From IMG/VR virus record IMGVR_UViG_3300014613_000017, positions 1-64,000 of that record: DNA of 64,000 nt, one strand, 5' to 3'. Shown one piece after another: positions 1 through 10,374 of the stretch (position 1 is the first letter of the stretch; each line of letters starts with the position of its first letter). Made by a program: the position numbers and the translations under genes. The notes under the pieces are model-generated. The model did not search any database. It had not been told where the DNA came from and saw only the letters and a program-made list of their open reading frames with translations. The stretch is from a virus.

Positions 1-47
1 CCTCCAAGAAGCGATACATAAATACATTTGATTATCACATAGTAATA

Positions 48-1523
48 TCATTTGAATTGCAGCCTTATCTTGACTTCATCCCATTTACTTCTTTCCCACA
101 CAATTTTCTCAAACACATTTTCATAAAAGAATTTGAGTTGTTTTTCGTCTTCTCCATGTTCTATTTCATGAATAATTTTTTCGATGATATTTAATGAAAG
201 ATTGTTTGGTGAGTCAATCTGAGAAAGCTTTGCTTTTTCTTTTTTAATTAGCTTTTGAAATTCAGTAATTTCATTTTGCCTATGTCTTGTTCTTTCCATC
301 GCTTTCTCAACATTGTACATTCCAGCTTCAAAAGCCTCTTCTATTTTTGCAATTGCGATTTCAGTCTTCTTAATTTCTTTTTCAAGTCTTTCAATTTCAT
401 TTCTTATCTCTATAGACTTGTCCTCTTTAGCTTCAAAAACATCACCTTTTTCAAGCTGCTTTCTCAAACTTTGTAGCGATGTTAAAATGGAGTCCTCAAC
501 TATTTCTAAAAGACCTCCTCTGTTTTCGTTGCAGTTGGTACATCTGTAAACCGTTTTTACTCCACTGTCTTTTCTTATTCTCATTGCACCATCGCACTTT
601 GAGCATTTGATTAAAGAGCCTAATGCGTTAATGGTCTTTTTCCCAGTGGTATGACGCTTATTTTTAATTTCTAAAACTCGATTTAATTCTTCTTCAGTCA
701 TGATTGATTCATGTGTATTTAAAGTTACACTCCACTCATCATCAGGCTTCAGAGTTCCTTTTTTGTCTCTTCTATTGTAGTATGTGTGACCTAAATATGT
801 CCTATTTGTTAATGCATAGAGGATTGATTTCACATTCCATTCATGACCTTTATTCGTCATTATTTTTAATGCTTTCAAATTATCTTGAATTGACAAACTC
901 GACATTCCCGATAAATATGGCTCAAGAATATGTGTTCTAAAAATCCTCTTCTGTTCATCAATTATGGATAGCTTCTTAAGCTCCTTGTTGATTTCATATC
1001 CATAGGGTGCATACCCACTTGCCCAATGTCCCATTTTTAAACTTATCTTCTTTCCTGCTATTAGGCGTTTCCGTATCATCTTATACTCATATCTAGCCAT
1101 AAATCCTTTTATATCCATCAAGTTTTCATCACGTTCATTATTAGGGTCTAATACATTAAACGGATTTGCTTCTATAACTAAAGTGTCTGAGTTTTTAAAT
1201 GTAAGGAATATTTGATCTTGATCTCCACCGCTACCTCGACCTAACCTGTCATAGTCGTACACAAATACGGCATCATACATCTCATCTTCAATATCCTTAA
1301 GCAACTCCTGCATTTTTGGTCTGTTTTTTATATTTTCACCAGACACAATTTCAGCATATTCGATAAAGTTCCAGTCATGTTGCTTGCAGAATTCTGTGAT
1401 TACATTGCGATGTCTGCTTAAATCGTCATCGCTCTCCCCCCTAGACTTCCTTAAGTAGACAGCAATATTTTTTATGAAGTCTAATATATTTGATTCTTTA
1501 TAATCATGAGCGACCATTTTCAT
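48..1523 (-). CDS. large serine recombinase (phage integrase, SprA-like role)
   Basis: YLRKS catalytic Ser motif, DRLGR motif, recombinase domain, CxxC..CxxC zinc ribbon, coiled coil. Confidence 0.93.
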   Translation of the reverse strand: MKMVAHDYKESNILDFIKNIAVYLRKSRGESDDDLSRHRNVITEFCKQHDWNFIEYAEIVSGENIKNRPKMQELLKDIEDEMYDAVFVYDYDRLGRGSGGDQDQIFLTFKNSDTLVIEANPFNVLDPNNERDENLMDIKGFMARYEYKMIRKRLIAGKKISLKMGHWASGYAPYGYEINKELKKLSIIDEQKRIFRTHILEPYLSGMSSLSIQDNLKALKIMTNKGHEWNVKSILYALTNRTYLGHTYYNRRDKKGTLKPDDEWSVTLNTHESIMTEEELNRVLEIKNKRHTTGKKTINALGSLIKCSKCDGAMRIRKDSGVKTVYRCTNCNENRGGLLEIVEDSILTSLQSLRKQLEKGDVFEAKEDKSIEIRNEIERLEKEIKKTEIAIAKIEEAFEAGMYNVEKAMERTRHRQNEITEFQKLIKKEKAKLSQIDSPNNLSLNIIEKIIHEIEHGEDEKQLKFFYENVFEKIVWERSKWDEVKIRLQFK

Positions 1524-1527
1524 AATA

Positions 1528-1956
1528 TTACCACCCCTTATAAGTTATTTCGATTGAATGATTTTTCTTATCAACAGAGTAGCTAGATTGTTCCCAAGCT
1601 AAGTGCTTCTGATTCCTTTTTACATTGAGCCTTCTAACCATTCTTTTTATTCCACTTAGAGTTCTTTTTTTATCTAGAGCTTCATATACACCTTGAATCC
1701 CTTTTGTTGGATACACATTCAATAATACTTTTTTCTCATCATCTGTCCATATGTCATCTTGATCTTTGTGATTTAAGTTCTGTCTCCTTGATTCAGCAGC
1801 AACTTCTTCACCTTTTACAATTCCAAGTCCAGTGGCTTTTGTCAGCATTTGTTGCCATGTGTACTGAGGAAATAGTTCTTTCATTTGAGAAGCAGTTTTA
1901 GATGGATATGTCTTTTTAAAGAGTTCAGTTTCATCTTCTGTCCAATTAGCTCTCAT
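1528..1956 (-). CDS. tandem Myb/SANT-like repeat DNA-binding protein
   Basis: Two W-T-[ED]-D-E...YP...RT repeats; strong AGGAGG RBS; ends 4 nt before the integrase start. Confidence 0.65.
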   Translation of the reverse strand: MRANWTEDETELFKKTYPSKTASQMKELFPQYTWQQMLTKATGLGIVKGEEVAAESRRQNLNHKDQDDIWTDDEKKVLLNVYPTKGIQGVYEALDKKRTLSGIKRMVRRLNVKRNQKHLAWEQSSYSVDKKNHSIEITYKGW

Positions 1957-2000
1957 AGTGTAATTGCCTCCTATTACTTATACTAGTTTTTATGACCTTT

Positions 2001-2029
2001 ATTATACAGTAAAAAGGCACGAAGTAGAA
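2001..2029 (-). promoter_or_regulatory. sigmaA-like promoter for the Myb-integrase operon
   Basis: TTCTAC-17-TATAAT on the minus strand. Confidence 0.45.
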
Positions 2030-2031
2030 AT

Positions 2032-2130
2032 CTACTCCATACCTTTTAAAGTTTCTCGAATTATGCTGTTTATTTTATTTATATCTTCCATTGTAAAAAA
2101 ATCATCCAAGTCATTCTCCATCTCATTCAT
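2032..2130 (-). CDS. small acidic protein, 32 aa (MNEMENDLDDFFTMEDINKINSIIRETLKGME)
   Basis: Read by eye; GAGGAG RBS upstream; below the ORF-track cutoff. Confidence 0.4.
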   Translation of the reverse strand: MNEMENDLDDFFTMEDINKINSIIRETLKGME

Positions 2131-2195
2131 TAACTCCTCATTTCGAATGATTATTTATCTCACCTCTTATCATTATAATTTATTAATTTATTGTA

Positions 2196-2711
2196 TTATT
2201 TACGCTTATATGTCACATAGTAAAAGTCTATTCCATTCTTCTCGCAATAATGCTGCTCTGATTCACCAATAAAGAAATCTTTTTCTAATACTTCACGAAT
2301 AAAATATGTGTCTGCTTGTGGTGCTTCTGCATCAATATATGTGATTAATACTTCATCAGCGTATGGCATGAATTGGCTATAAACATCTGATCCACCACAT
2401 ACATATAAGTCCTTGTCTTGGCTTCCACTATTGTAATGGTTAATTACATGTTGAACTGAATCTGATTTAAAGCAACCTAGCGGAATATCATACTTGCGAT
2501 TTCGAGTCAGAACCACATTCATTCGATTGGACAGTGGTTTTCCATTGTTGTAGCTCAATACAGATTCAAATGACTTTCTTCCAAAAATCGTATAGTTGCC
2601 TACAGTGAGTTGCTTAAATCGTTTTAAGTCTTGTGGAATAGCGAATAAAAGTTGGTTTTTATTTCCTATAGCCCAGTTACTGTCCACGGCACAAATGAGT
2701 TTTATAGCCAT
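2196..2711 (-). CDS. dfrA: dihydrofolate reductase
   Basis: AIGNKNQLLFAIPQDLKRFKQLT, GRKSF, GG and ADTY motifs. Confidence 0.95.
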   Translation of the reverse strand: MAIKLICAVDSNWAIGNKNQLLFAIPQDLKRFKQLTVGNYTIFGRKSFESVLSYNNGKPLSNRMNVVLTRNRKYDIPLGCFKSDSVQHVINHYNSGSQDKDLYVCGGSDVYSQFMPYADEVLITYIDAEAPQADTYFIREVLEKDFFIGESEQHYCEKNGIDFYYVTYKRK

Positions 2712-2713
2712 TG

Positions 2714-3490
2714 TTAAATCACCTCAAAATATCTAATTTTCAATTCAAGCTTCTCTTCTGGGTATCCAATCGCATTCATATAGAAATTACAGTAAGGTTT
2801 CTCATACACCTTCTGTTCATGGCTATGACCCATGATCCAATGAGAAGCTTTAATATCTCTAACAGGAGTCAGATAACAAGCTGTGCTATTATATTTAAAA
2901 TGCGAGTCGATATTAATCACAGGAAAATGTGAAATCATTACGTCAATATTCTTATCTAGTGTTTGCATGTATTGACTTTGATTCAATGAGTGTAAAAGAT
3001 TTGGTCTAAACTTTTTAATCAATTGAGAATCATTAGAAACATTCTCATAGAACATTTTCTGTTCAAGTGTTTCTACTGGATACCAAAGAGGGAGTCCTGA
3101 AAACTTTACTTTCTTGTGCTCTTCAACTTCACCCTCAAACAGAGGGGAAACATTTTTAATTTGATTGGACAGCTCATACAGCTCTCTAGTTCTATTCATT
3201 GACACACCCTTATATTTGGCTTCTTGATTTTTACTGACAAAATATAAGTCGTGATTTCCATATGTGAAAAAGACTTTCTCATAAGCTTTAGAAAACTCCT
3301 CTAATGCCCACATCGACTGATGATTGAAATGAGAAATATCTCCAGCTATTACTAATACTTCTCTTGCACTCTCATCTGTTTCGACCAGTTTGCTGACAAA
3401 CTCTTTTGTTCTCTTTGCCCACTTCTCTTGACTCATGTGAAATTTGGCGTGGAAATCTAAATGCAAGTCACTTATATATGATACTTGCAT
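2714..3490 (-). CDS. calcineurin-like metallophosphoesterase
   Basis: SDLH, AGD, GNHD, SH and GHSH metal motifs. Confidence 0.9.
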   Translation of the reverse strand: MQVSYISDLHLDFHAKFHMSQEKWAKRTKEFVSKLVETDESAREVLVIAGDISHFNHQSMWALEEFSKAYEKVFFTYGNHDLYFVSKNQEAKYKGVSMNRTRELYELSNQIKNVSPLFEGEVEEHKKVKFSGLPLWYPVETLEQKMFYENVSNDSQLIKKFRPNLLHSLNQSQYMQTLDKNIDVMISHFPVINIDSHFKYNSTACYLTPVRDIKASHWIMGHSHEQKVYEKPYCNFYMNAIGYPEEKLELKIRYFEVI

Positions 3491-4336
3491 TTAGATAGCC
3501 ACATCCAGTCGTTTAATTTTGCCCATATGTTGATAACCAATTAGCTCAACATCATCAACTGTAAGATCAAATATTGACTTGTCAGCAATTTTTAGTGTTG
3601 GTAATTCAAATTTGAAATGTTCTTCAGAGTTGAAGTATCTATCCATTAATTCTAATGCCTGTTCATCATGTTTATTGTAAAGATGTAAGTCCTGTACAAA
3701 ATGAGTTAGCTTACCTACAGACAATCCAACTTCCTGTGCAATCGCATGTTGTAAGAAAGCATATTGTGTAAGATTCCAACCTCCACTTCCTGCTGCTGTT
3801 AGAAAATCTCCACTTCGCTGGATAAGCGTCATATGCAATTTTCCACCTTTAGCTGAGAAGTGTGTAGCATAAGCACATTCAATTAGGCTAGCAGTTGCTT
3901 TTAATAGTTGATCCTCCGCATTATACATGTTCATCATAATGCGTCTAGATGTTGGATTAGTCTTCAGCTCATGAATGACATAATGTAATTGGCTTGGATG
4001 TCCCATTGTTGGCTGTCCAATTTGATAACCATAAGCCTTAGCAATCTCACCTTTCTCATTTGCCCAGCTATTCCATATTGTAGAATTCAAATCTGCAATA
4101 TTATTAGACTGTCGAATCATTACCCAAATAATTTCATCAATGTCAGCCTTCCAATTAATCTCCCTTAGCGACAATATTGGAAAACCTTTAGATAAGTCGT
4201 AAGTATTTACACTTTGAATAATTCGTTTAGTTTTAACAGGTGAACCGTCTTTCCACCTTGCTCGATTGTCTGTCTCCCACTCTTGACCTAATATGTCTTG
4301 TAAATCCATGATGAAAATGTCATCGACATAACTCAA
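3491..4336 (-). CDS. thyA: thymidylate synthase (TTG start)
   Basis: YGYQ, SRR, catalytic Cys region, QRSGDF and DLHLY motifs. Confidence 0.93.
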   Translation of the reverse strand: MSYVDDIFIMDLQDILGQEWETDNRARWKDGSPVKTKRIIQSVNTYDLSKGFPILSLREINWKADIDEIIWVMIRQSNNIADLNSTIWNSWANEKGEIAKAYGYQIGQPTMGHPSQLHYVIHELKTNPTSRRIMMNMYNAEDQLLKATASLIECAYATHFSAKGGKLHMTLIQRSGDFLTAAGSGGWNLTQYAFLQHAIAQEVGLSVGKLTHFVQDLHLYNKHDEQALELMDRYFNSEEHFKFELPTLKIADKSIFDLTVDDVELIGYQHMGKIKRLDVAI

Positions 4337-4392
4337 ACTACCATCTCCGTCTCATCTATTAATATCTAAATATGATTATAATTTATTAATTA

Positions 4393-4977
4393 CTATTTTG
4401 CAAGTAAATATTCAGATAATATTTTACGATTATCCTTCAGTAACCTTTGAATCCTCTGAGGAGTTAATCCTAAGTTGTCGCCAATTTCCTTAAATGTGAA
4501 GCCACGATATCTCATCTTAACTGCTTCAGCTACATCTTCAGATACCACATCTGATACCTTGCTTAACATCATATCTAATTCAATCTCATCAAAAGCGTCA
4601 CTCTTAGACTCAACTACATCATGTAAATCCACTACTTCTCCATCTGTTGAAGCTAATGGATGTTCCATGAATACTTTATCAGCCAATTCATTAGTACGAT
4701 TATGCTTATTATTTAAACTGTATTTCTTTGATTCAGTTAGAATTGTGAATTTAATCATCTTAATTGCGTATGTTCTAAATGAAGCTCCCTTAGTTGAATC
4801 ATAGTCTAAAGCTGCTTTAAACAGTCCAATTTTACCTAGTTGCAATAAATCTTCTGTGTCTAGTCCATGAGCTTTCATGAATGCCTTACGATTTGGGAAT
4901 GCTCGTTCTAGTGTAAGTGAAACATAATGCTCGTTTTTGTAATAAAGTTTCTCTGCATCTCGTTCTGACCTCTGCAT
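4393..4977 (-). CDS. sigma-70 family sigma factor, sigF/G/B-like region 2
   Basis: EDLLQLGKIGLFKAALDYDSTKGASFRTYA plus region 4 HTH; start placed at the ATG after AAGGAGG. Confidence 0.88.
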   Translation of the reverse strand: MQRSERDAEKLYYKNEHYVSLTLERAFPNRKAFMKAHGLDTEDLLQLGKIGLFKAALDYDSTKGASFRTYAIKMIKFTILTESKKYSLNNKHNRTNELADKVFMEHPLASTDGEVVDLHDVVESKSDAFDEIELDMMLSKVSDVVSEDVAEAVKMRYRGFTFKEIGDNLGLTPQRIQRLLKDNRKILSEYLLAK

Positions 4978-5001
4978 ATGCTTCCTCCTTATAGAAAGAA
5001 T

Positions 5002-5022
5002 GAGAAGGGAAAACCCCTTCTC
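5002..5022. terminator. hairpin GAGAAGGG-AAAAC-CCCTTCTC upstream of the sigma gene RBS
   Basis: 8-bp inverted repeat; no clear U tract. Confidence 0.3.
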
Positions 5023-5032
5023 CAATTATAAT

Positions 5033-5755
5033 TTATTTAAGTTGACGCTCAATTTCTTTAATTAGATATGGCTCAGGTGCGAAGAAATCAGGAGACTTAA
5101 GAATCTTGCCATCTTCTTCACGATATTTAGCAACCTTTTTACCATCAACAGTGAACAATTTACTCATATTACTATTCTGAACTGCTTCAAATAGCTTGTC
5201 AGGCTTAACTCCCATTTCTACAAATGATCCTAGAACGAAGTAAAGTGTATCAGTTAATGCATCAGCTTGAGCAACAATTCGCTCTACACCATCTGCATAG
5301 TATTCCATTGAATCAGACTTGACTTTAGCTTTATATAATCCATCAATCATCTGCGTGAACGCTAGGTCAAATTCTGACTGATTCTGAGATGAAGCGTGTA
5401 AGAATTCGACTAATGCTTCCTCTCCAGTCCACACTGAGCGTGAGATAGCACGTTGTAACTCCATTTGAGTAGGCTTGTCTTGTATTGGGTGGTTGAAAGC
5501 CTTATGAAAATCCTTCACCATTTGCCACCACTTGTTAGGATTAGGCTTCTGCTTTTTTGATTTTTCAATGACTGTTAGATTAAACAACTTAGATTCAACA
5601 AGTTTAGTTGTCCGTTCTCCTGTTTCTTTATTCTGGTTTGTGATTACTTCAACTTTTGCTGTGTTATCTTGATAGTTAATAAATGAAACCTTTCCATCTA
5701 CCTTCTGTACTCGGTCAAACACTAAGTCACCTAATTGAATTTTTACAAATGTCAT
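5033..5755 (-). CDS. all-alpha NTP pyrophosphohydrolase (PRA-PH/MazG-like, possible dUTPase) with extra N-terminal domain
   Basis: VKDFHKAF, ADALTDTLYF and SNMSK...DGKILK motifs. Confidence 0.8.
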   Translation of the reverse strand: MTFVKIQLGDLVFDRVQKVDGKVSFINYQDNTAKVEVITNQNKETGERTTKLVESKLFNLTVIEKSKKQKPNPNKWWQMVKDFHKAFNHPIQDKPTQMELQRAISRSVWTGEEALVEFLHASSQNQSEFDLAFTQMIDGLYKAKVKSDSMEYYADGVERIVAQADALTDTLYFVLGSFVEMGVKPDKLFEAVQNSNMSKLFTVDGKKVAKYREEDGKILKSPDFFAPEPYLIKEIERQLK

Positions 5756-5790
5756 ACGTTGCAATTCCCCTTTTATTTATAGTTTATTTA

Positions 5791-6030
5791 TTAAAGTAGT
5801 GCGATAAGTTTTTTTACTTCTTCTTCATCGTATCCGAATACCCTAGATACTTCATTGTCATTATCGTCAAGAAGGATTGTCACAGGAGCACTCATTACCC
5901 CATACTTTACTGCTACCTCTACGTCTTTATCTACGTATGCAACATCATGTTTAACTTCTTCTCTTGCTAAAAAATCCTTCAAAAGCGTACATCCACCACA
6001 AACCGTTTTACTTAATACTAATAATTTCAT
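5791..6030 (-). CDS. NrdH/thioredoxin-like redoxin
   Basis: CGGC motif and SAP cis-Pro loop; inside the RNR operon. Confidence 0.85.
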   Translation of the reverse strand: MKLLVLSKTVCGGCTLLKDFLAREEVKHDVAYVDKDVEVAVKYGVMSAPVTILLDDNDNEVSRVFGYDEEEVKKLIALL

Positions 6031-6045
6031 AATCTTCCTCCTATT

Positions 6046-7092
6046 TTATAGATCGTCAAACCCATTATCTTCTGTAATTTTTGCGTATTCACGAGGTTTC
6101 TGTTCAAAGAAGTCTGTTTTAGTTGCCCCTCTACTTTCACCTTCGTTTGTATATGCTTTAATCCAAGGCATTGAGTTTTCATCTACGCCTTCATAAATTG
6201 GTGCAAATCCCATCATTGAAAGACACTTGTTAGCACGGTACTTGATGTAATCAGACATTTCACCTAAGTCGATATCCTCAATGCTAACTAGTGCATGGTT
6301 TGACCACTCGATTTCAAGCTCTACTGCTTGTTTGAATAGGTTGCGTGTAAACTCTTGATACTCAAACTCAGCGATTTCCTCTTTGTTTTCTTGAATAAGA
6401 AGCTTAATTAATTGAGTGATAAGATATGTGTGTACTAGCTCATCTTTATTAATATAAGAAATCATTGTAGAAGCACCAACCATTTTTTGATTACGTGCTA
6501 AATTATAGAAGAATGCAAAGCCTGAGTAGAAGTTGATCCCCTCTAGCACTACTGAAGCTGACAATGCTTTCATCAAGCTTTCTAATGTGCGTTTCTCAAC
6601 TGCTTCTTCATATAAATCTGTAATTAGCTTATTACGTTCAAACACCTCTTTCTTAGTTCGTGCAGCTTGGAACGCTTTGTCTTGCATATTCTTCGTTTCA
6701 ACAGATGATAAGATATATGAATATGAATGGTTATGAACAACCTCTTGCTGTGCCATTACAATTAGGATATCTCGAATTGAATCATCACTTAAAAAGTCTT
6801 GAAGAATACTAAGAAACTTTGGCTGAATGGAGTCAAGAATTGCTAGAAGACCGATAATATTTCTAAATGCCTCTCGCTCATACTCTGGTAGTTGTTTATA
6901 CTGTCTTGAATCCTCTGTCATATTTATCTCAAATGGTGTCCAGAAGTTCCCAAGCAACTTCTTATAAATCTCATACATTTGTGGATACTGAATGTCATCC
7001 CAATTTAGAATACCACTAGACTTTCCGTTCAATATCGCTGTTGCTTTGTTCGGGTTTTCAGGTGATAGTAACTTGACTCGATGTAATTTCAT
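6046..7092 (-). CDS. nrdB: class I ribonucleotide reductase beta subunit
   Basis: Metal ligands D, ExxH, E, DExxH; C-terminal FFE..Y; no intron. Confidence 0.95.
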   Translation of the reverse strand: MKLHRVKLLSPENPNKATAILNGKSSGILNWDDIQYPQMYEIYKKLLGNFWTPFEINMTEDSRQYKQLPEYEREAFRNIIGLLAILDSIQPKFLSILQDFLSDDSIRDILIVMAQQEVVHNHSYSYILSSVETKNMQDKAFQAARTKKEVFERNKLITDLYEEAVEKRTLESLMKALSASVVLEGINFYSGFAFFYNLARNQKMVGASTMISYINKDELVHTYLITQLIKLLIQENKEEIAEFEYQEFTRNLFKQAVELEIEWSNHALVSIEDIDLGEMSDYIKYRANKCLSMMGFAPIYEGVDENSMPWIKAYTNEGESRGATKTDFFEQKPREYAKITEDNGFDDL

Positions 7093-7526
7093 GTTTGCAT
7101 TTCCTCCAGTAATTTTTCAATAAATGATATAACTTGATTTTCTTTCCCAATAGGATTCTGTTCTAACTTTAGAATCCCTAGAACCTTGGTGTGTTTAGAA
7201 AGATGGTATTTCATCTCATCAACAGCTTTGCAATAATTTCTTTCTCCCCACTGTGTATCTCCTGTTCCAAATACAGCGAATGAAGGAAGTGATGTTTTAT
7301 TTTCAACTAAGAAGTTTTTCAGATATTTACGAATAGCTACAGGCATTGCACCACTACCCCATGTATAACTTCCTATAATAGCGATGTCATAACCTGATGG
7401 ACTATGAAATTCCTTAGCATCAGAGATATGGACTTCACATCCATACCTCTGCAAATTATAATTAATTAATTCAGCTAAGTCTTTAGTGTTTCCTGAAAGA
7501 CTAGTGTAAATAATTAGTGCTTTCAT
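7089..7526 (-). CDS. flavodoxin
   Basis: YTSLSGNT, GSYTWG and FGTGD FMN motifs; TAATG overlap with the alpha gene. Confidence 0.9.
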   Translation of the reverse strand: MKALIIYTSLSGNTKDLAELINYNLQRYGCEVHISDAKEFHSPSGYDIAIIGSYTWGSGAMPVAIRKYLKNFLVENKTSLPSFAVFGTGDTQWGERNYCKAVDEMKYHLSKHTKVLGILKLEQNPIGKENQVISFIEKLLEEMQT

Positions 7527-9835
7527 TACGTACAAACTTCACAGTCAAGAATGTCAATTGATGTTGACCTCAAATAGTAGGTGGTTTTAACTCGTGATCT
7601 CCACACATCCATATGAATAGCCAACAAGTCTTTAGCTTTAATGTCATTCGTCACATAAATGTTAAAGGACTGAGACTGGTCAATGTGTCGCTGTCTTGCT
7701 GATGTTTGTGCAATTGAGCCATGCTGATCTAGTAGGTATGCATTCTCATAAAAGAAAGCAGTACGTGGAGATAGGTCAGGCACTACAACAGGAATCTTAT
7801 AATCTTTCTTTTCCTCATAATAGAACTGATTGAAAATAGGGTCAATAGAAGCTGTTCCATTTGCTAAAACCGATGTGCTTCCATTTGGAGCAACAGCCAT
7901 TAGATATCCATTTCGTATACCTTGTTGTTTTACCTTTTGGGACAGTTCAGACCATTGTTCGTTTTTAATAAAACGCTCATCATTGTTAAAGATATTTGTT
8001 CCATATTCACGCAACGAGAAGTAATCTCCAGTTTCCCAGTCAGAGCCTTCAAATAATGGGTATGACCCTTTTTCTTCGGCTAAGTCTGATGATGCTTGAA
8101 TTGCTAAGAAGTTGATTTTTTCATAAAGATGGTCATTAAATTCAACTGCCTTGTCTGTTCCCCAAGCCAATCCTTCTATTGCTAATAGGTGATGTAAATC
8201 GAATGTTCCTAATCCTACAGCTCGATAACGCTTGTTAGTATGGGTAGCTTGTAATGTAGGGATAGTATTCAAGTCAATAACATTATCCAACATACGAACC
8301 TGAATAGGAATAAGACGCTCAAATACATCATCTTTCCATGCATTGCCTAAATGGATTGAAGATAGGTTACACACAACAAAATCTCCAGATTTTTTCTTAG
8401 TCGTGATAATTCCTTCATCATCTAGTGTTTGCTCAATCATAGTAGTAGGTGACATGTTCTGACAAATCTCCACACACAAGTTTGATGAGTAAATCATGCC
8501 TTTGTGCTTATTCGGATTCATACGATTGACTTCATCACGATAGAACATATACAATGCCCCTGTTTCCAATTGAGCTTTCATGATTGACTTCATGAGTTCA
8601 ATTGCAGGTACTTTTGTTTTGCTTAGGCTATTATTTTGAATGCACTCTTCATAGCGTTCTCGGAATGTTCCACTTCCACGTTGCTCATCATATGAGTCTT
8701 CTAACGACCAACCCATCACTTTTTTAACTTCATGAGGATCGAATAAATACCAATCTCCACGCTTGTCTACTTGCTCCATAAATAAGTCTGGAACACAAGC
8801 ACCTAAAAACAAGTCGTGAGTTCTCATTCGCTCATCGCCATTGTTCAGTTTAGCCTCTAAGAAGATGTTAATGTCTTTGTGCCAAACGTCTAAATAAACA
8901 GCAATTGAACCTTTACGTGTTCCTAGTTGGTCAACTGAAACTCCTGTATTATTCAGTTGTTTCATCCAGTTAATGATTCCAGATGATACACCTTTGAATC
9001 CTCTAATGTCTGAACCTTTAGAGCGAACCTTACCCATATAGACACCAATTCCGCCTGAATTCTTAGAAAGATTTGCTATATCTGTGTTGTTGTCATAAAT
9101 TCCTTGTAGGCTATCTTCAACAGTATCAATGAAACAGCTTGAAAGTTGACCATGTGTTTTCCCTGTGTTTGACCACGTAGGAGTTGCGACAGTCATGTAG
9201 TGATTTGATAATGCCCAATATGATTCCTTAACTAAATCCATACGTTTAGCTTTATCTTCTTTCGACATAAGAACTAAAGCAATTACCAGCTTACGCTCTT
9301 GTGGTAACTCAAAGAATTTTCCATCATGGTCTTTAGTTAGATAGCGATCAGCAAGAGTTTTAAGTCCTACATAGGTGTAAAGATGGTCTTTACTTGGGTT
9401 TATAAAGCTCTCAGCTAATTTAATTTCTTCTCGTGTGTAGTCTTTTAGTATTGTTTCCGAGTAAATACCTTTGTCACCTAATGTTTTTAACAGTCCAATA
9501 AAGCTACCGTATTTCTCACTTGGGTCATATGAGCGATTATAAGCAGCTTCTTTATACAATTTATTAAGATAGAATCTTGAAGCAACATATGTCCATTCAG
9601 AATTCTCTCGTGAAATGTGATCTAATGCAGTTAGGATTAGCTTGTTTGTAATCTCTGCTGCCCGAATATTTTCTATTGAATTGATGCTTTTTGCAATTTT
9701 ACCTTTAAAGCTTTCTGCATCCTCGCTCTTAATAGTGCTAAACTGACTAAGCACACTATCAATAAATTTAAATAATCGGTTTTCATCATATGGTAAGACA
9801 CGCTTACCTTTGTTTTTTGTAACTAAATTTGCCAA
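7526..9835 (-). CDS. nrdA: class I ribonucleotide reductase alpha subunit with N-terminal ATP cone
   Basis: SSCF, SNLCVE, CNL and APNG motifs; C-terminal CEVC. Confidence 0.95.
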   Translation of the reverse strand: MANLVTKNKGKRVLPYDENRLFKFIDSVLSQFSTIKSEDAESFKGKIAKSINSIENIRAAEITNKLILTALDHISRENSEWTYVASRFYLNKLYKEAAYNRSYDPSEKYGSFIGLLKTLGDKGIYSETILKDYTREEIKLAESFINPSKDHLYTYVGLKTLADRYLTKDHDGKFFELPQERKLVIALVLMSKEDKAKRMDLVKESYWALSNHYMTVATPTWSNTGKTHGQLSSCFIDTVEDSLQGIYDNNTDIANLSKNSGGIGVYMGKVRSKGSDIRGFKGVSSGIINWMKQLNNTGVSVDQLGTRKGSIAVYLDVWHKDINIFLEAKLNNGDERMRTHDLFLGACVPDLFMEQVDKRGDWYLFDPHEVKKVMGWSLEDSYDEQRGSGTFRERYEECIQNNSLSKTKVPAIELMKSIMKAQLETGALYMFYRDEVNRMNPNKHKGMIYSSNLCVEICQNMSPTTMIEQTLDDEGIITTKKKSGDFVVCNLSSIHLGNAWKDDVFERLIPIQVRMLDNVIDLNTIPTLQATHTNKRYRAVGLGTFDLHHLLAIEGLAWGTDKAVEFNDHLYEKINFLAIQASSDLAEEKGSYPLFEGSDWETGDYFSLREYGTNIFNNDERFIKNEQWSELSQKVKQQGIRNGYLMAVAPNGSTSVLANGTASIDPIFNQFYYEEKKDYKIPVVVPDLSPRTAFFYENAYLLDQHGSIAQTSARQRHIDQSQSFNIYVTNDIKAKDLLAIHMDVWRSRVKTTYYLRSTSIDILDCEVCT

Positions 9836-9945
9836 ATAAAATTTCTCCTTTGCATTATAATTTATTATTTAAAACGCCTAATAAAACTTAACTTTTAACC
9901 CCACTACATCACGTCCACATCCCTTCATAGCAACTAAATTACATT

Positions 9946-10146
9946 TTAAATTTCTTCAATGTTTTCTAGCACTTTAGCAATGTGGTAATTCAATTCATCA
10001 ACAAGTCTTTCGTTGTCAATTTGATTCATTAAGTTTCCCATTTTCTCAATATGATCAACTACGTTTTCTAACTTGTCTTGAATGGCATCTTTGTGACGCT
10101 CGTACATTTCAGTTGCCTTGCTTTGATATGGAATATAGCTCATCAT
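9946..10146 (-). CDS. hypothetical protein
   Basis: Compact minus-strand ORF with RBS. Confidence 0.7.
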   Translation of the reverse strand: MMSYIPYQSKATEMYERHKDAIQDKLENVVDHIEKMGNLMNQIDNERLVDELNYHIAKVLENIEEI

Positions 10147-10374
10147 CTAACCCCCTAAGTTTTGCCTAAATACCGCTAAGATGAAAAACATCGAAAATGT
10201 GCCTGCTGAAATAATAATACTTGCAGCCTTCTTTTGGTCTAATAGCTCTAAAAGATAAGATGACACAAGAAAGTTGCGACATGCTTTTTGATAAGCCAAG
10301 TGAAAATAAATTGCAAACATTGCTGAAACTGTTGCTACAAGACCTAATAGTAGGATGACTATCTCAAGCACCAT
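10147..10374 (-). CDS. two-TM membrane protein
   Basis: Two hydrophobic segments. Confidence 0.65.
   Translation of the reverse strand: MVLEIVILLLGLVATVSAMFAIYFHLAYQKACRNFLVSSYLLELLDQKKAASIIISAGTFSMFFILAVFRQNLGG

Noticed and set aside
1-47. att site next to the integrase 3' end
   Set aside because: The position is suggestive, but I found no convincing inverted repeat, and the partner site and flank are outside the window.
6046-9835. introns/inteins in RNR, or a metal-free class Ie beta subunit
   Set aside because: Both ORFs are continuous and of normal length, and all canonical metal ligands are present.
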